The notes below the pieces were generated by a model. The model made no database searches. It saw only the letters and a list, made by a program, of their open reading frames with translations, and was not told the origin of the DNA. A stretch of DNA of 63,821 bases, counting the filler, from Octopus bimaculoides (Eukaryota): the NCBI RefSeq assembly GCF_001194135.2. It is 8 parts of 7 records of this genome, joined end to end, with 100 filler letters (N's around TTAATTAATTAA, not from the genome) between each part and the next. Parts side by side here need not be neighbours in the genome. Positions count along the whole stretch, not along the records: positions 1 to 24,577 come from NC_069006.1; positions 24,678 to 36,012 come from NC_068985.1; 6 more parts are not named here. One strand, given 5' to 3'. Positions within the stretch are counted from its first letter, which is position 1. The number at the start of each line of letters is the position of its first letter. Shown piece after piece: positions 12,620-25,603 of the stretch. A program made the position numbers and the translations under genes.

Positions 12620-13656
12620 TTTTCCTTGCAAAAAGTTATCTAATACCTGGAAAACATGATAGTCAGTTGGTGCAAGGTCTGGTGAATACGGTGGATGACA
12701 AAGTACTTCCAAGTTCGGTTCCTGTAACTTGAGTAGCATTCTTTGTGCAACATGTGGTCAAGCATTGTCTTACAAGAGAATTGGCCTGTCTCGAACAATT
12801 TCGGTTAATTGCAAGTTGACTCATCATTTCATCCAATTGGTCAATGTATACATCCGCTGTAATTGACTTACCAGGTCTCACAAAGCTGTTGAAGATGGCA
12901 CCGGCGCTGGACTACCAAACAGACACCATTAGCTTTTTGGGGTGAATATTCTTTTTGGATTGTGTTTTGGCACTTCATCTCTATCCAACCATCATTCAGA
13001 ACGCTTACTATTTTTGAAAAGAATCCATATTTCGCCACCTGTAACAATACGATGTAAAAATGGTTCACTTTTATGCTGTAGCAGCAAGGAACAGCAAGTT
13101 TCAAGTCAACGTGCTATTTGATGCTCGTCCAGTTCATGTGGTATCCACTTGTCGAGCTTCTTGACCTTGCCGATTTATCTCAGATGGTCCAGTACTGCTA
13201 GAATTGAAGCAGCAAACCTTGCTGCTATCTCATGCATAGTTTGAGATGTGTCCCTCTCCACTACAGTTTCCAGCTCATCATTATCCACCTTGATCTCAGG
13301 TCTATCACGGGGGTGAATTTAAGAGACCGGAACTTCTCAAATCATCGATGTACAGTACGCTCATTCACCACAACTTCACCTCATTGGTGTTTCGAGCTGT
13401 CTGGGATGCATTGGTTCCACGACGGAACTCATATTCATAAACAACACGAACATTTGATCTATCCATGGTTTCACAAAAATTGCTTTACAAGAGAAAACTC
13501 ACAATATAATCAGACACCAGGAATTGCATTTCGAAAAGTGATGTTGTAACTCTTCAATGTTGTAAAACAAAGAATTGTCAGGATAGAATATTAGAGTTAA
13601 CGACTGTCAAACTTCGTGCAGCAGAAAATCGATCGAACATTTCATTCTTAACCTGA
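12620..13656 (-). mobile_element. Degenerate mariner (Tc1/mariner superfamily) transposase, 3'-truncated
   Basis: Minus strand reads MDRSNVRVVYEYEFRRGTNA..., KKLDKWIPHELDEHQ (WVPHEL), RIVTG, LL*DNA*PH, HPPYSPDLAPTDY, with stops and frameshifts. TIR-like TA|TCAGGTTAAGAATGAAATG at the 5' end. Confidence 0.92.
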
Positions 13657-14689
13657 TATATATATATATGTGTGTGTGTGTATGTGTGTGTGTGTGNNNN
13701 NNNNNNNNNNNNNNNNNNNNNNNNNNNNNNNNNNNNNNNNNNNNNNNNNNNNNNNNNNNNNNNNNNNNNNNNNNNNNNNNNNNNNNNNNNNNNNNNNNNN
13801 NNNNNNNNNNNNNNNNNNNNNNNNNNNNNNNNNNNNNNNNNNNNNNNNNNNNNNNNNNNNNNNNNNNNNNNNNNNNNNNNNNNNNNNNNNNNNNNNNNNN
13901 NNNNNNNNNNNNNNNNNNNNNNNNNNNNNNNNNNNNNNNNNNNNNNNNNNNNNNNNNNNNNNNNNNNNNNNNNNNNNNNNNNNNNNNNNNNNNNNNNNNN
14001 NNNNNNNNNNNNNNNNNNNNNNNNNNNNNNNNNNNNNNNNNNNNNNNNNNNNNNNNNNNNNNNNNNNNNNNNNNNNNNNNNNNNNNNNNNNNNNNNNNNN
14101 NNNNNNNNNNNNNNNNNNNNNNNNNNNNNNNNNNNNNNNNNNNNNNNNNNNNNNNNNNNNNNNNNNNNNNNNNNNNNNNNNNNNNNNNNNNNNNNNNNNN
14201 NNNNNNNNNNNNNNNNNNNNNNNNNNNNNNNNNNNNNNNNNNNNNNNNNNNNNNNNNNNNNNNNNNNNNNNNNNNNNNNNNNNNNNNNNNNNNNNNNNNN
14301 NNNNNNNNNNNNNNNNNNNNNNNNNNNNNNNNNNNNNNNNNNNNNNNNNNNNNNNNNNNNNNNNNNNNNNNNNNNNNNNNNNNNNNNNNNNNNNNNNNNN
14401 NNNNNNNNNNNNNNNNNNNNNNNNNNNNNNNNNNNNNNNNNNNNNNNNNNNNNNNNNNNNNNNNNNNNNNNNNNNAATTTAATTCATTCCACTCCAGACA
14501 CGAGGCCTGAAATGTGGGGGTAGAGCTAGTTGACAATAACGGCCACAGTTTTTGAGTGACATTAATATTATTTTATCGAAACCAGAAGGATAAGAGTCAA
14601 GTCGATCCCAGAGAGATTTAAATGAGAAAGCCGAGAGTCATAAAAAACACTACTAAAGCATTTTTCCGATAACAATTCTTCTAGCTGGG

Positions 14690-16547
14690 TAAGGCGGTGA
14701 GCTGGCAGAAACGTTAGCACGCCGGTCGAACTGCTTCGCGGTATAACGGCTCTGTGAATTATTGTGAATTATTGTGAATACTGTTGTGTTACTTTGTGAA
14801 AACTGTCTCGGTAAATAATTGTGATTTTTGTGGAATTATTACGGTTACAGTTCACGCGAGCCGCTGCATTTTTCCCCAGCTATGGCAAGTGGTAGTGTCT
14901 CCAGTATGGAGAGCTACGCCGAAGCCACTGCGGTGAGGAAGCCAGTGCCGCTGGAAACCAAGTTAATCAAGTTGGATATGGAGGAGGTGAGGAGAAGCAG
15001 GAATTTGATAGAAGTTGAGGGAGTCTCATACAAAGTGTGTCCCCCAAAAGAGACTAAAGAAGAAAAATTCTGAGGACAGTTGTGTATCGTACACAGGCTG
15101 TCGAAACCGGTAAAATTGAAATGGTGACGGAAGAAGAAATCGAGGAGTGCTTGGGTGAAATTGTGAATGAAGCCACGTACATCAACAGAGGAAGAAAGTT
15201 CGGTACGGTAGAGGTGAGGTTCGCCACTGTAGAAGAGGCAACCAAGCATGCAACCAACATATTAAGAAGTGAGAAAATAGCATTACTACCAAGTTATAGA
15301 GGAAGAAGAAGCGTGAAAATACGTATTCCCAGAGTTACACCAGAAATTAAACCAGAGTGGTTGGTTGCAACAGTGCAGGCTGCAACCAAGGAGGAGCCGG
15401 AATTGGGACCAGTGGCGAAAACAAAAGTGCGCAAATGGTGGGGATTTGGACTCGAAATGTGGCTTTTTGCCACATTCGAGGACATAGAAAGAATTCCCTA
15501 CCAGATAGAAGTGGAGAATGAGAGAACGTTAAATGTTGTAGTCGAGGGAAGGAAACCAAATTGCTACATATGCGGGGAAAGAGGTCATATGAAGACCAAA
15601 TGCCCCCTATATGAGTTCACACAGCCACAGCAAGAGAAAGCACAAGCGGAGGAGGAAAACATTGTAGACCACACTGAGGAAATGAAAGAGAGACAGAAGT
15701 GTGAAGCAGAGAAAACAAAGGAGAAGAACGAAAATGGAGCTACTAACCCTAAAAGCGAAAGAAAAATAAGTCAAAGGAACGGTCAACAGAAAACATAAAA
15801 GAAATAGAAAAGCCAGAAACTAATAATGTACAAGAAGAGGAGGAGAGAACGGATAAAGATGTCCAATACAAGGGGTTTTTGATAAAGTTCGAGAATTGCG
15901 AGTAGATGGAGAGAAAAGTCGAGAGATTGAAGGAAATAATAAGAGTGAAGATGCCAGAGAAATGTGCTGAGAAATGCATTTTGATACATGAGGAAAACTA
16001 CTGGGAGTACATAAAAGAACTTGGTGAAAATATAATAACGAAAAGGGTATGGTTGGTGGAGACACCACCCTCTAGTACTGATTACTTGCAGTTGATAAGG
16101 ACGGAAGTAACAGTGATTAATGGGAGAAAAATAACGCGAGTATTCCAATTTTTTGAGTTGCAAAACCGTTAAAATGTTTACATGATGTTTAAAGTAAAAG
16201 TAAAAAACTGGATAAATGTAACCACCCGACTTCGGGGGTCGAGTGGACATTGCGCCTCATATTTTTATTCTTGCATATTATCATTTTATTTTAATTACCC
16301 CGATTTTATGTTTGTTGCGTTTTGTACTGTCTTTATGTTTTGTGATGTCTTAAAAAATTCTTTGTATAGCCCTTTATGGATAGTAAAGAAATCGGTATTT
16401 CGTCTGTCTTTACGTTCTGAGTTCAAATTCCGCCGACTTTGCCTTTCATCCTTTCGGGGTCGATAAATTAAGTACCAGTTGTGAGCTGGAGTCGATCTAA
16501 TCGACTGGCCCCTTCCCCAAAAATTTCGGGCCTTGTGCCTAGAGTAG
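14690..16547 (+). mobile_element. tRNA-derived SINE split by the ORF1 element (14690-14744 + 16393-16547)
   Basis: Left part aaggcggtgagctggcagaaacgttagcacgcc...gcggtat. Right part cggtatttcgtctgtctttacgttctgagttcaaattcc... Rejoined, it matches the intact copy at 46924. A-box-like tggcagaaacgtt and B-box-like gagttcaaattcc. Confidence 0.85.
14745..16392 (+). mobile_element. ORF1-only non-LTR-type retroelement (gag-like ORF1 with CCHC zinc knuckle), frameshifted, with 6-bp TSD
   Basis: ATG at 14882 (MASGSVSSMESYAEA). Frameshifts near 15065 and 15780. CYICGERGHMKTKC knuckle, stop at 16172. About 220 nt 3'UTR ending ccctttatggatagtaaagaaat. CGGTAT at 14739-14744 and 16393-16398. Confidence 0.85.
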
Positions 16548-18184
16548 NNNNNNNNNNNNNNNNNNNNNNNNNNNNNNNNNNNNNNNNNNNNNNNNNNNNN
16601 NNNNNNNNNNNNNNNNNNNNNNNNNNNNNNNNNNNNNNNNNNNNNNNNNNNNNNNNNNNNNNNNNNNNNNNNNNNNNNNNNNNNNNNNNNNNNNNNNNNN
16701 NNNNNNNNNNNNNNNNNNNNNNNNNNNNNNNNNNNNNNNNNNNNNNNNNNNNNNNNNNNNNNNNNNNNNNNNNNNNNNNNNNNNNNNNNNNNNNNNNNNN
16801 NNNNNNNNNNNNNNNNNNNNNNNNNNNNNNNNNNNNNNNNNNNNNNNNNNNNNNNNNNNNNNNNNNNNNNNNNNNNNNNNNNNNNNNNNNNNNNNNNNNN
16901 NNNNNNNNNNNNNNNNNNNNNNNNNNNNNNNNNNNNNNNNNNNNNNNNNNNNNNNNNNNNNNNNNNNNNNNNNNNNNNNNNNNNNNNNNNNNNNNNNNNN
17001 NNNNNNNNNNNNNNNNNNNNNNNNNNNNNNNNNNNNNNNNNNNNNNNNNNNNNNNNNNNNNNNNNNNNNNNNNNNNNNNNNNNNNNNNNNNNNNNNNNNN
17101 NNNNNNNNNNNNNNNNNNNNNNNNNNNNNNNNNNNNNNNNNNNNNNNNNNNNNNNNNNNNNNNNNNNNNNNNNNNNNNNNNNNNNNNNNNNNNNNNNNNN
17201 NNNNNNNNNNNNNNNNNNNNNNNNNNNNNNNNNNNNNNNNNNNNNNNNNNNNNNNNNNNNNNNNNNNNNNNNNNNNNNNNNNNNNNNNNNNNNNNNNNNN
17301 NNNNNNNNNNTATATATATATATATATATATATGTGTATATATATATATATAAGGTTGTAAAAGCGTTACGAAAAATATGCGTTATCATTCAACCACGGC
17401 AGAAGTTGAATGATATTCTTAACGTAGCTTTTTGTCGCAGACGGCGTCTTCCAAGCAGTCTCACTAATCTAGTTTTAATTGAAATTAAATTTAGTTTTGG
17501 GAATTATGTTTGACTAGTGATAAGCTACATTTAGACATAAAATACTTAGAACCTGGTGCAGTAGAACAAAAGTTAAGAGAAAAAATATATAGACAAAACT
17601 GGTTGACTGACGGGTAGTAATGCCCGACATTAACATTTTGAATTCACACCATGCTTTTAATTTTGATTAAGAATTATTATGTTGATATTAATACGAAAGA
17701 GAAATGTTAAAGGAATATATTGGTAAAGGTTTCGTAAAATGTTATCCATTAGAAAATAAGATATTTAATTTTAATTCTCAAGCTTTCATTGGTTTTTCAC
17801 GTGAAATTAAATGGACACTACTCATATGTGAACTATTTCTTTAGAGCACACACAGCAAAATATCGCAAATCGAGTAAACAGAAGAAGAAGAAGAAGAAGA
17901 AGAAATTGTCTGTCAAAAGATTTCTATATTTGAAGCAACAACTGCTATCAACGAACTCCATCTAAATTAAATAACAATATTCGCAGTCGTCCAAACCTGC
18001 ACTTCTAGTAGAAGTTTTACATTAGAGAACTATAAATAGATAAGCCGTTGAAGTAAACTCGCTTGGTTTGTTTGGGTTAAAAAATAGTTTCTCTCACGTA
18101 ACATTCTATAATTTTGTAAGAATAAAAATCGAAAGAAAGAAATAAAGCAGATATATGAGTGATGTAAATCTCTCATTCATATAC

Positions 18185-18575
18185 TTACTCCATTACTTGT
18201 TACAGTCATTTGACTGAAGCCATGCTTCAGCACCGCCTTTAGTCGAGCAAATCGACCCCAGGACTTATTCTTTTGTAAGCCTAGTATTTATTCTATCGGT
18301 CTCTTTTGCCGAACCGTTAAGTTACGGGGACGTAACCACACCAGCATCGGTTGTCAAGCAATGTCGGGGGGACGAACACAGATACACAAACAAATACGCA
18401 CACACACACACACACACACATATATACGACGGGCTTCTTTCAGTTTCCGTCTACCAAATCCACTCACAAGGCTTTGGTCGGAGTGAGGCCACTTGCCCAA
18501 GGTGCCACGCAGTGGGACTGAACCCGGAACCGTGTGGTCCGTAAGCAAGCTACTTACCACACAGCCACTCCTACT
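18185..18575. mobile_element. Back-to-back SINEs of a second abundant family
   Basis: Motifs ccatgct..agcaccgcc...gccgaaccgttaagttacggggacgtaa and ggtgccacgcagtgggactgaacccggaacc recur at 34550-35270, 44530-44900 and 48820-49140. Confidence 0.8.
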
Positions 18576-19815
18576 TACGATTTATCTATTGCAAATATCT
18601 GTCTTCTTTTGTCTTGTTTTGGAACTTAAATTCTCATAAGACAATATTATGTTATCATGCAATAAAGTAGATGTATGACAGTGCTGTAAAACATACTTTA
18701 TACCTACGATTTATCTATCACAATATGTCTTATTTTGTCTTGTTTTGGAACTTAAGTTCTCATAATATACTTGAAATCTGGTGCACTAGAACAACAGTTA
18801 AGAGAAAAAGCACTCATTTTTTAATAATAAATTTCGTTTGCATGCTTTATAATGTTAATGCTCCTTATTATTGGGGGAGGGGAGTAAATCTGGGACCTGA
18901 ACATAATACACAAAAAAAAATGAGAAAAAATGGACATAATAAAGAAGATGGGGAACTGAAGAGAGAAGAACATACTGAAACACAAGCAAAATACAGAAAA
19001 AGAAAACAAATGGAGAATAAAAAAAAAAAAACAATGGAAAAAGAGAAGAAAAATTTAGAGAAAAATAAAATTAATGATTAATACAAGAAACGAAGAAATT
19101 AAATAAAAGCTAAATATGAAAAAAAAACCTAATAAAAATAAAATAAGGCATGCAAAGAGACAAAAATATTTTTGAAAAAAAACACTGATAGTAGCTTCAA
19201 AAGAAAACAGTTTTGGTTCAATCAAATTATAAGAATAAAAGAAAAAAGTTATTGAAGAACAAAACAAAAACAAAAGAAAAAATATGATAAGAAAAATTTG
19301 GTCAAAATATACAAGAAATGAATTTTTTATCGGAAAAATATATTTAGTAAATTTTCCAGCCCAATTTCTCAAAAAAAATATATAGATTTGCACAAACTTA
19401 CTAAATCTTATTTATTTAATAATAATAAAAAGATTGGCAATAATGACAGAAAAATTATAAAAAAGAAATGAATAATGTGGCTTCGGCTTACAACGAGGCT
19501 TTGGGAATTAGAAATTTTATGTCCAAGAAAATAAAAAAGAAACAGTGTAACAACCAAAAGAGCTACTAATGGCTTTATACTATATTTGAAGTGGCATACA
19601 ACACGCCATGTGCGCGCGCATGTATGTGTGTGTGTGTATGCGTGTAAGCCTGTGCATGTATGCATGTGTGTTTGTGTGTGTGTTGGGGGTGGGTGAATCA
19701 CTCCTTTCATTGCGAGTCGTGTTCCCAGTCAGTTCATGTAGAGTGTTGCCTAACAATTTTCTGATACTGGAAGAAATTTTTTATTCAGAAAAAGAATTGT
19801 GATATACTTATGTAC

Positions 19816-19904
19816 GTTTTAACTTCTCTGATTTCTCCATTGTCAGCCAGATTTCCAATTTTTTCAACCAGTATATTAGCACATGTTTGGATCATTGTAT
19901 TCAT
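19816..19904 (-). CDS. CYP3-clan P450 D-helix exon (exon 6 equivalent); not in the ORF track
   Basis: gattatag|MNTMIQTCANILVEKIGNLADNGEIREVK AC|gtacat. 89 nt, phase 0 to 2. Confidence 0.9.
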
Positions 19905-21377
19905 CTATAATCAACAGAGAACAGTATTTTAAGGAACAAGTTGTAACTGATATCTTCAGTATCATTCGGTCAATCATTTACACAACAGGTATACCTAAAG
20001 ACGTTTAGTCTCCTCATTCTTCGAATCTCTTAGCATCATTACAGCAGCTTGTACTGGGAGGAAGAGGAGAGGACAGTAGTTTGAAAGGCAGCCAATCAAC
20101 GCAAGGAAATATTTGTTTCACGTTTTGGCAAAAGGTCAGCAATTTTGGGGGAGGAGGTAATTCGATTAGATCGATCGCAGGATTCAACTGTACTTATTTT
20201 ATAGATTATGATTTCCTTCAAATCAAAGCATAACACAACAAAGAACATAAAGTGTTGCGTTGTTTTATTTTAAATAGAAATATTCAATTTTTTCATGTTT
20301 AACCTCAATGCACCTTTGATCGACCTAACCCAAAATCATAAGCAATTCAAACATTGCCATCTTGTTTTTTTTTTGGGGGGGGGGGGTATCCAGAGACATT
20401 TAATCTAGGACTTAATTATCTGATGTGAAGGTGCGTGACAAAGGGGTTATCACGTTGCACTCACTAACGTAAGATCGTTGATTTGATTCAAGAAACGGTT
20501 GGGAAAATCGCTTCTTGCGCAAAACACTTCATTTCGCGTTTATGATTATTACCAGCATTGTAAATTATTCGATGACAAACCGTATCAGCCAGTTTTAATT
20601 CATTTTAGCAACATTGTAGGGACAAGAGCACACGTCTTCTCGTTCTCTGGTTATTATGATTTCATCAGCTAAACTTAATCTTCACTATACTTTATATGTT
20701 GGGTTGTCAGATAAATTCGTCCAGTTTTTTCCCATTTTATTTTATTTTAATTCTTTTCAAAGTTATTTGAATGAACATGTGAAATATTTTTATCATAGAG
20801 TTTAAGTTTGTGTATGTGTACGTAGCAGGGTGGGGTGTAACTCTATTCTTCAGCTTGTGTTTATCGTTTTTTGAAATATGAATAAATTATACTTCTTTCC
20901 AGATATATGACGATGGAGTTCCAAATATAAACAACGAATTAATCTGACAATGCAATAAATTATTCATTTAAGACAGTGCTTCTCAATCGAAGTGCATATA
21001 CCGGTTGTGGGGTCCATATAATATTTTGGTGTTAAGATTATATGGTATCTTGGGATACCATATAATATTTTGGTCTTAACATTTATGACCAACAAATTGC
21101 TTATACTTCTACAATACAAAATCTATTTTAATTTTCTTCATACAATTCCTAATTATATTTAATTTTATAGAGTACTAGGATTTTTTCTATACATGTTAAC
21201 TGAACGAGTTTAAAAACGTCAGCAATATTGGTGTGGATGTGGAGGAGGTGGGATGGGGTGTTATGGAATGGTTATGGAAGTCCAGTATATTAAAACAGGA
21301 ATAAAGCGTCCATACGCAAAAAAAGTTATGAACAACTTGTTTAATATATCACAAATACCCTTAAAGTATATACTCAC

Positions 21378-21491
21378 CCCTCTCATTTGATGGGAGCTAA
21401 AAGAAGGAGTCAACACAGTCCGGAGATATTTCCAGTGATCACCTTTTGTCATCAGAAGTGAGAGTTGACTGATTTCATCTCCAACAATTAC
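21378..21491 (-). CDS. CYP3-clan P450 C-helix exon (exon 5 equivalent)
   Basis: ctccag|VIVGDEISQLSLLMTKGDHWKYLRTVLTPSFSSHQMRG|gtgagt. Contains the WxxxR motif (WKYLR). 114 nt, phase 0 to 0. Confidence 0.93.
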
Positions 21492-22890
21492 CTGGAGGCC
21501 GATAATTAAAGGGAAGATTGACATTTATATTCTATAATATATATTGTAATGGGTCTTGCTTTTGTTGTTTAGTATATGTTCTGCTTAAATTGAACAAACC
21601 ATACAAGACACACCAGTTTTTTCTTTCTCAAATACAATACAAGGGTCGGATGAAAATTCCTGGCTTTGAGTAAAAGAAAATACATGATCAGTTAATTACG
21701 ATTTTATTCAACAAGATCCTGACAAAATCCCCCAAGAACAAAACACCCTCGGTTATATTTTTCGGGTTTTTTTTTCGTTTTTTTTTTCTTCCTTACCTGT
21801 TTCAGTCATTAGACAGCGGTCATGTTGGGGCTCTGCCTTGAAGAATTTTTAGTCGAATGTATCAACCGCAAAAAAAATCAGCATTCTAAAATTTTAATTC
21901 CCCCGCAATTTTTTTTCCTTTTGCACTTTTTTGAGAAAGCTTTTGGGTATTCTACGAATATAAAGAGGTCATGAATTCGACCAAAAATTCTTCAAGGCGT
22001 GTCACAGCATTGCTACAGTCTAAGGACTGGAACNNNNNNNNNNNNNNNNNNNNNNNNNNNNNNNNNNNNNNNNNNNNNNNNNNNNNNNNNNNNNNNNNNN
22101 NNNNNNNNNNNNNNNNNNNNNNNNNNNNNNNNNNNNNNNNNNNNNNNNNNNNNNNNNNNNNNNNNNNNNNNNNNNNNNNNNNNNNNNNNNNNNNNNNNNN
22201 NNNNNNNNNNNNNNNNNNNNNNNNNNNNNNNNNNNNNNNNNNNNNNNNNNNNNNNNNNNNNNNNNNNNNNNNNNNNNNNNNNNNNNNNNNNNNNNNNNNN
22301 NNNNNNNNNNNNNNNNNNNNNNNNNNNNNNNNNNNNNNNNNNNNNNNNNNNNNNNNNNNNNNNNNNNNNNNNNNNNNNNNNNNNNNNNNNNNNNNNNNNN
22401 NNNNNNNNNNNNNNNNNNNNNNNNNNNNNNNNNNNNNNNNNNNNNNNNNNNNNNNNNNNNNNNNNNNNNNNNNNNNNNNNNNNNNNNNNNNNNNNNNNNN
22501 NNNNNNNNNNNNNNNNNNNNNNNNNNNNNNNNNNNNNNNNNNNNNNNNNNNNNNNNNNNNNNNNNNNNNNNNNNNNNNNNNNNNNNNNNNNNNNNNNNNN
22601 NNNNNNNNNNNNNNNNNNNNNNNNNNNNNNNNNNNNNNNNNNNNNNNNNNNNNNNNNNNNNNNNNNNNNNNNNNNNNNNNNNNNNNNNNNNNNNNNNNNN
22701 NNNNNNNNNNNNNNNNNNNNNNNNNNNNNNNNNNNNNNNNNNNNNNNNNNNNNNNNNNNNNNNNNNNNNNNNNNNNNNNNNNNNNNNNNNNNNNNNNNNN
22801 NNNNNNNNNNNNNNNNNNNNNNNNNNNNNNNNNNNNNNNNNNNNNNNNNNNNNNNNNNNNNNNNNNNNNNNNNNNNNNNNNNNNNNNNNN

Positions 22891-23510
22891 AAGGCATGGT
22901 GCCTCTTGTTCGCCCATGTGCACAAGATGCGAGCAGGACAGGGAAACCGTTTTGCACGCGATTGTACAATGCTCCAAAATTTCTGAAATGTGGTTTTACG
23001 TTGAATACCTGCTGCCACAGCTAGGAAGAGTACAACTGTCTTCCGAGTCGATTGTAAAGATCATTCCTCCTCCCTCTTTTAACAAAAAGGGCAACGCTTA
23101 TTTTCTTGCTGTGGTTGCTATAGCGAAAGAAGTGGTATTGAAGACACGCGTGAAGGCAATCATGACAGGCATCTTCATCTCCAGCCTTCGATTGGTTAAT
23201 TTCCTCATTTACCACCTTAAGAGGAAAATAAGGGTGGAGAGAAAATGCGTGTCATCTGATGTACATGGAAAAAGATGGAAGACTGTAGCGAGTTTGTTGA
23301 GAATGAATAAACCCACATAGTATTTCCATACGGTTATACAAAAGATTACAGTGTTGGCACCGGGCTTGCGGGGTCGAAGCTAAACCCGTCCCACTCTTTT
23401 GTTATCATCCGATTTATATAATTTTAAAAAAATCATTCGTTTTATCGACCCCTCCCTCATTTGTACCGTCCCTTCTATGTTTGGCCCCCTGTGGGCAATA
23501 AGGAAATAGT
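22891..23510 (+). mobile_element. Tx1/L1-like LINE 3' end (ORF2 C-terminal zinc region + 3'UTR)
   Basis: SPMCTRCEQDRETVLHAIVQCSKISEMW (CxxC..ETxxH...C) through to stop at 23320. 3'UTR ends ggccccctgtgggcaataaggaaat. The 5' part lies in an N gap. Confidence 0.88.
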
Positions 23511-23527
23511 TGTTACAATCAACTGAA

Positions 23528-23945
23528 ATGGAACTGTAAAAGCGTAATATCCGAGAAATATGGCTATTCAACTTCAAAAAAGGACGTATAGCAGCTGAAA
23601 CTGCTCGCGGTATCAACGAAACGTTTGGTCAGGAAATGACCAGTGAGTGGTCAGCTCGAAAATGGTTTAAAAGATTTCGCAGTGGAGACTTGAGCCTTGA
23701 AGATCGTGAGCATAGTGGACGCCCATCTGTCATCGATGACAGTCAATCAAAGACCCAGTTTATAACCTTTCTCTTACCGACTACCTCTTTTCAAATATCT
23801 TGATGGTTTCCTGCGAGAGCGGGAGTTCAAAAATTAAACCGATACTGAAAGTGCGTTCAAAGAGTTCATGAGCCCCAAAACTCCAGATTTTTATGTTACC
23901 GGAATAAACAAACTTGTAACTCGTTGGCAAAAATGTGCTTACTTT
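23528..23945 (+). mobile_element. Internally deleted mariner remnant
   Basis: N-terminal HTH (NIREIWLFNFKKGRIAAETARGINETFG...RKWFKRFRSGDLSLEDREHSGRPS) joined to the C-terminus (ESAFKEFMSPKTPDFYVTGINKLVTRWQKC). The catalytic core is absent. Confidence 0.88.
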
Positions 23946-24490
23946 GACGAATAAAATTTCCGCATTGTTGAAATATCTTGTGATGAATTTCATGTTTGAT
24001 AAAGTTGCTTACTTTTTACTCAGCTTGATACTTTTTCTTTTACTGTCCTTTTTTAGTACTTTTCCTTAGTCTTAAACTTAATGTAAACTAATCCCTTCTA
24101 TATCTATCTCCTATCTACTTCGCTTGCAGAAAGTTTATTTCTTTTTCTTTCTTATCTAAAAGTGTATATGTTTATATTTACAAATAATTACTATTTTTGT
24201 TATGGAAATTTAATTGTCAGGACAATGGTAACAATGCTTCATTCCCGGCAACATGACCGCCCAAACTCAAGATCTTTAGCGAGACACCACTATATGTATG
24301 GATATAACCCAGACTGCAAAATGTATACAACACCACATGATACACTGAGTCCCACCCATATGGGACAGTAGCAGATGGGTCGAAAGGATCGTTGTAGTAA
24401 ATAAAGATTAATACCAAATCTGTTTTCTTACTTACTCAATTACTATCAACTCAACATCTGTGTATGTATATATAAGTATATGTGTGTATG

Positions 24491-24577
<87 letters not shown>

Positions 24578-24621
24578 NNNNNNNNNNNNNNNNNNNNNNN
24601 NNNNNNNNNNNNNNNNNNNNN

Positions 24622-24633
24622 TTAATTAATTAA
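24622..24633. other. Assembly gap pad TTAATTAATTAA (also about 36057, 38332, 41768, 51577, 58540, 62267)
   Basis: An identical 12-mer always embedded between N runs, with stops in all six frames. Technical, not biological. Confidence 0.9.
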
Positions 24634-24678
24634 NNNNNNNNNNNNNNNNNNNNNNNNNNNNNNNNNNNNNNNNNNNNA

Positions 24679-24709
<31 letters not shown>

Positions 24710-25560
24710 GTTGTCCTTCACCAACAACACATCTTGATAAACACAGTGGCTACTATTAACTTCAGGCCACGACAGAGAGGATGCTTTTGAAGCCGAGAAT
24801 TTGAAACCATCATCAAAATGTCTACAGTTTGATATCACCAACAGCATTGTCGCCGTGCTTATCTCCCAAATGGTTCATGCCAGATCTTGCAGCTCTTCTC
24901 TTCAGTCGAGGTAATCGTATATAACAGATGTGCGTTTAGTTATTTTCTAGTGATGTACACAAATTTCAGCTTATTGGTTTATGATTGTGCACTCACATTA
25001 TAAGGTTTTGTATATATATAAACATTTGAATCCTCTTTATACTGTGAGTACGTATACACATACGCAGGCGCATTCATTACTACTCTCAAATGAGCAAAAC
25101 AGGTTGCATAACTGTCAGTTTCATGTAAATCTCCATAGATTTACAGTCATCAGATGAGCCTACTCGGATTGGGAACAGCTTCTACAAAACGCTGGTGGAA
25201 GGAGTGATAGCTGGATCCTCTGAACATATATCCAAATAGAGAGAGTGGAACGGATAAAACGCAGGCTACATATGATTCTTAGCTAGCTGATCCAATGATG
25301 TAATAGTTACTCAACGAGGAGTGCTCAACACCGCATCGGTGAATAAATATTCTTTATTTGTGGATTAACAAGGCTACCAATAGTTTCAGGTAAAGAAGAC
25401 TCTTTTCTTAACATTCATCAAGTCTGTCACATGTGAACGAGTACCAACGTTCCCATGCGGCAAGCTTGATGCATGTTAAAAGATTGCCCTTTACATGAAA
25501 CTATTGGTGGCTTTGTTAAGCCATAAATAAAAACAGCACACACACACACATATATGTATA

Positions 25561-25603
<43 letters not shown>

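Noticed and set aside
19520-19570. SFGCYT resembling the start of CYP exon 7
   Set aside because: No acceptor, and an in-frame stop follows within about 8 codons.
24217-24417. 66-aa minus-strand ORF upstream of CYP exon 5
   Set aside because: No CYP motif in any frame, no convincing splice sites, and no recognisable homology.
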